This document shows, piece by piece, positions 63,648-64,000 of a stretch of DNA of 64,000 nt. The translations under genes and the position numbers were made by a program. Position 1 is the stretch's first letter. The number at the start of each line of letters is the position of its first letter. Source of the stretch: Felis catus (lineage: Eukaryota). The DNA lies in contig NC_058368.1 in assembly GCF_018350175.1 (NCBI RefSeq), positions 59,336,001 to 59,400,000 of the forward strand, written 5' to 3'. Under the pieces are notes generated by a model. It ran no database searches. It was not told the origin of the DNA and saw only the letters and a list, made by a program, of their open reading frames with translations.

Positions 63648-64000
63648 ACACTCTATTTTAAACCCTGGCCTGGAGACAGTGACTTAGTTATATACATATC
63701 TACATATTTATATCTGTATATATATCTCTAACCTGGTCATCTTGAACATCAGTCCCATGGAACATGTTTCCACCATTTTAATGATGAAGAAATTTAAGGA
63801 TAGCAAATTAAAATGACTTATTTAAGGTTGCAAAATTAGTAATTTCAGTGTCTAGATTTAGAATTGATTGTGTCTAGTTTGAGTCCAAAATGAGTGCTTA
63901 CTCTCTACAGAATCTTAGGTTTCCTCAGTGATGCTTCTGGTGCTACTGGTGATAAAGCAGTATTAGTTGTGATCAAATTATTTGGGGATAGAGGACACTG

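Noticed and set aside
1..64000. CRISPR arrays, operons, rRNA, CpG-island promoter
   Set aside because: Mammalian repeat-rich DNA; no repeat-spacer array or rRNA, and CpG clusters occur only in young SINEs and the L1 5' UTR

Overview
AT-rich mammalian genomic DNA from a felid (cat family), identified by the many felid-type tRNA-derived CanSINEs and felid-type LINE-1 copies. I could not identify any cellular protein-coding exon; every long ORF is LINE-1 ORF1/ORF2 debris, a SINE or microsatellite artefact, or unrecognisable. The window holds about 31 CanSINEs, one near-full-length and several truncated L1s, MaLR/ERVL LTRs (including a disrupted MLT1 provirus with internal sequence), Tigger/hAT DNA-transposon fossils, L2 remnants and microsatellites. 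Retroelements are strongly biased to the minus strand (CanSINEs 24 minus vs 7 plus), suggesting an intron of a large + strand gene (inference). The most notable structures are: a ~345-bp imperfect palindrome (29016-29360); an L1 3' transduction (46191-46272); an apparently older L1ME-like segment inside a MER82 element; a locally templated ~185-bp copy inserted into an L2; a tail-less internal L1 fragment that truncates an MLT2 LTR; and a nested inverted CanSINE pair. I see no evidence for a new protein-coding system. Repeat family names are from recall of consensus sequences, not from a database search, and boundaries of old repeats are approximate.
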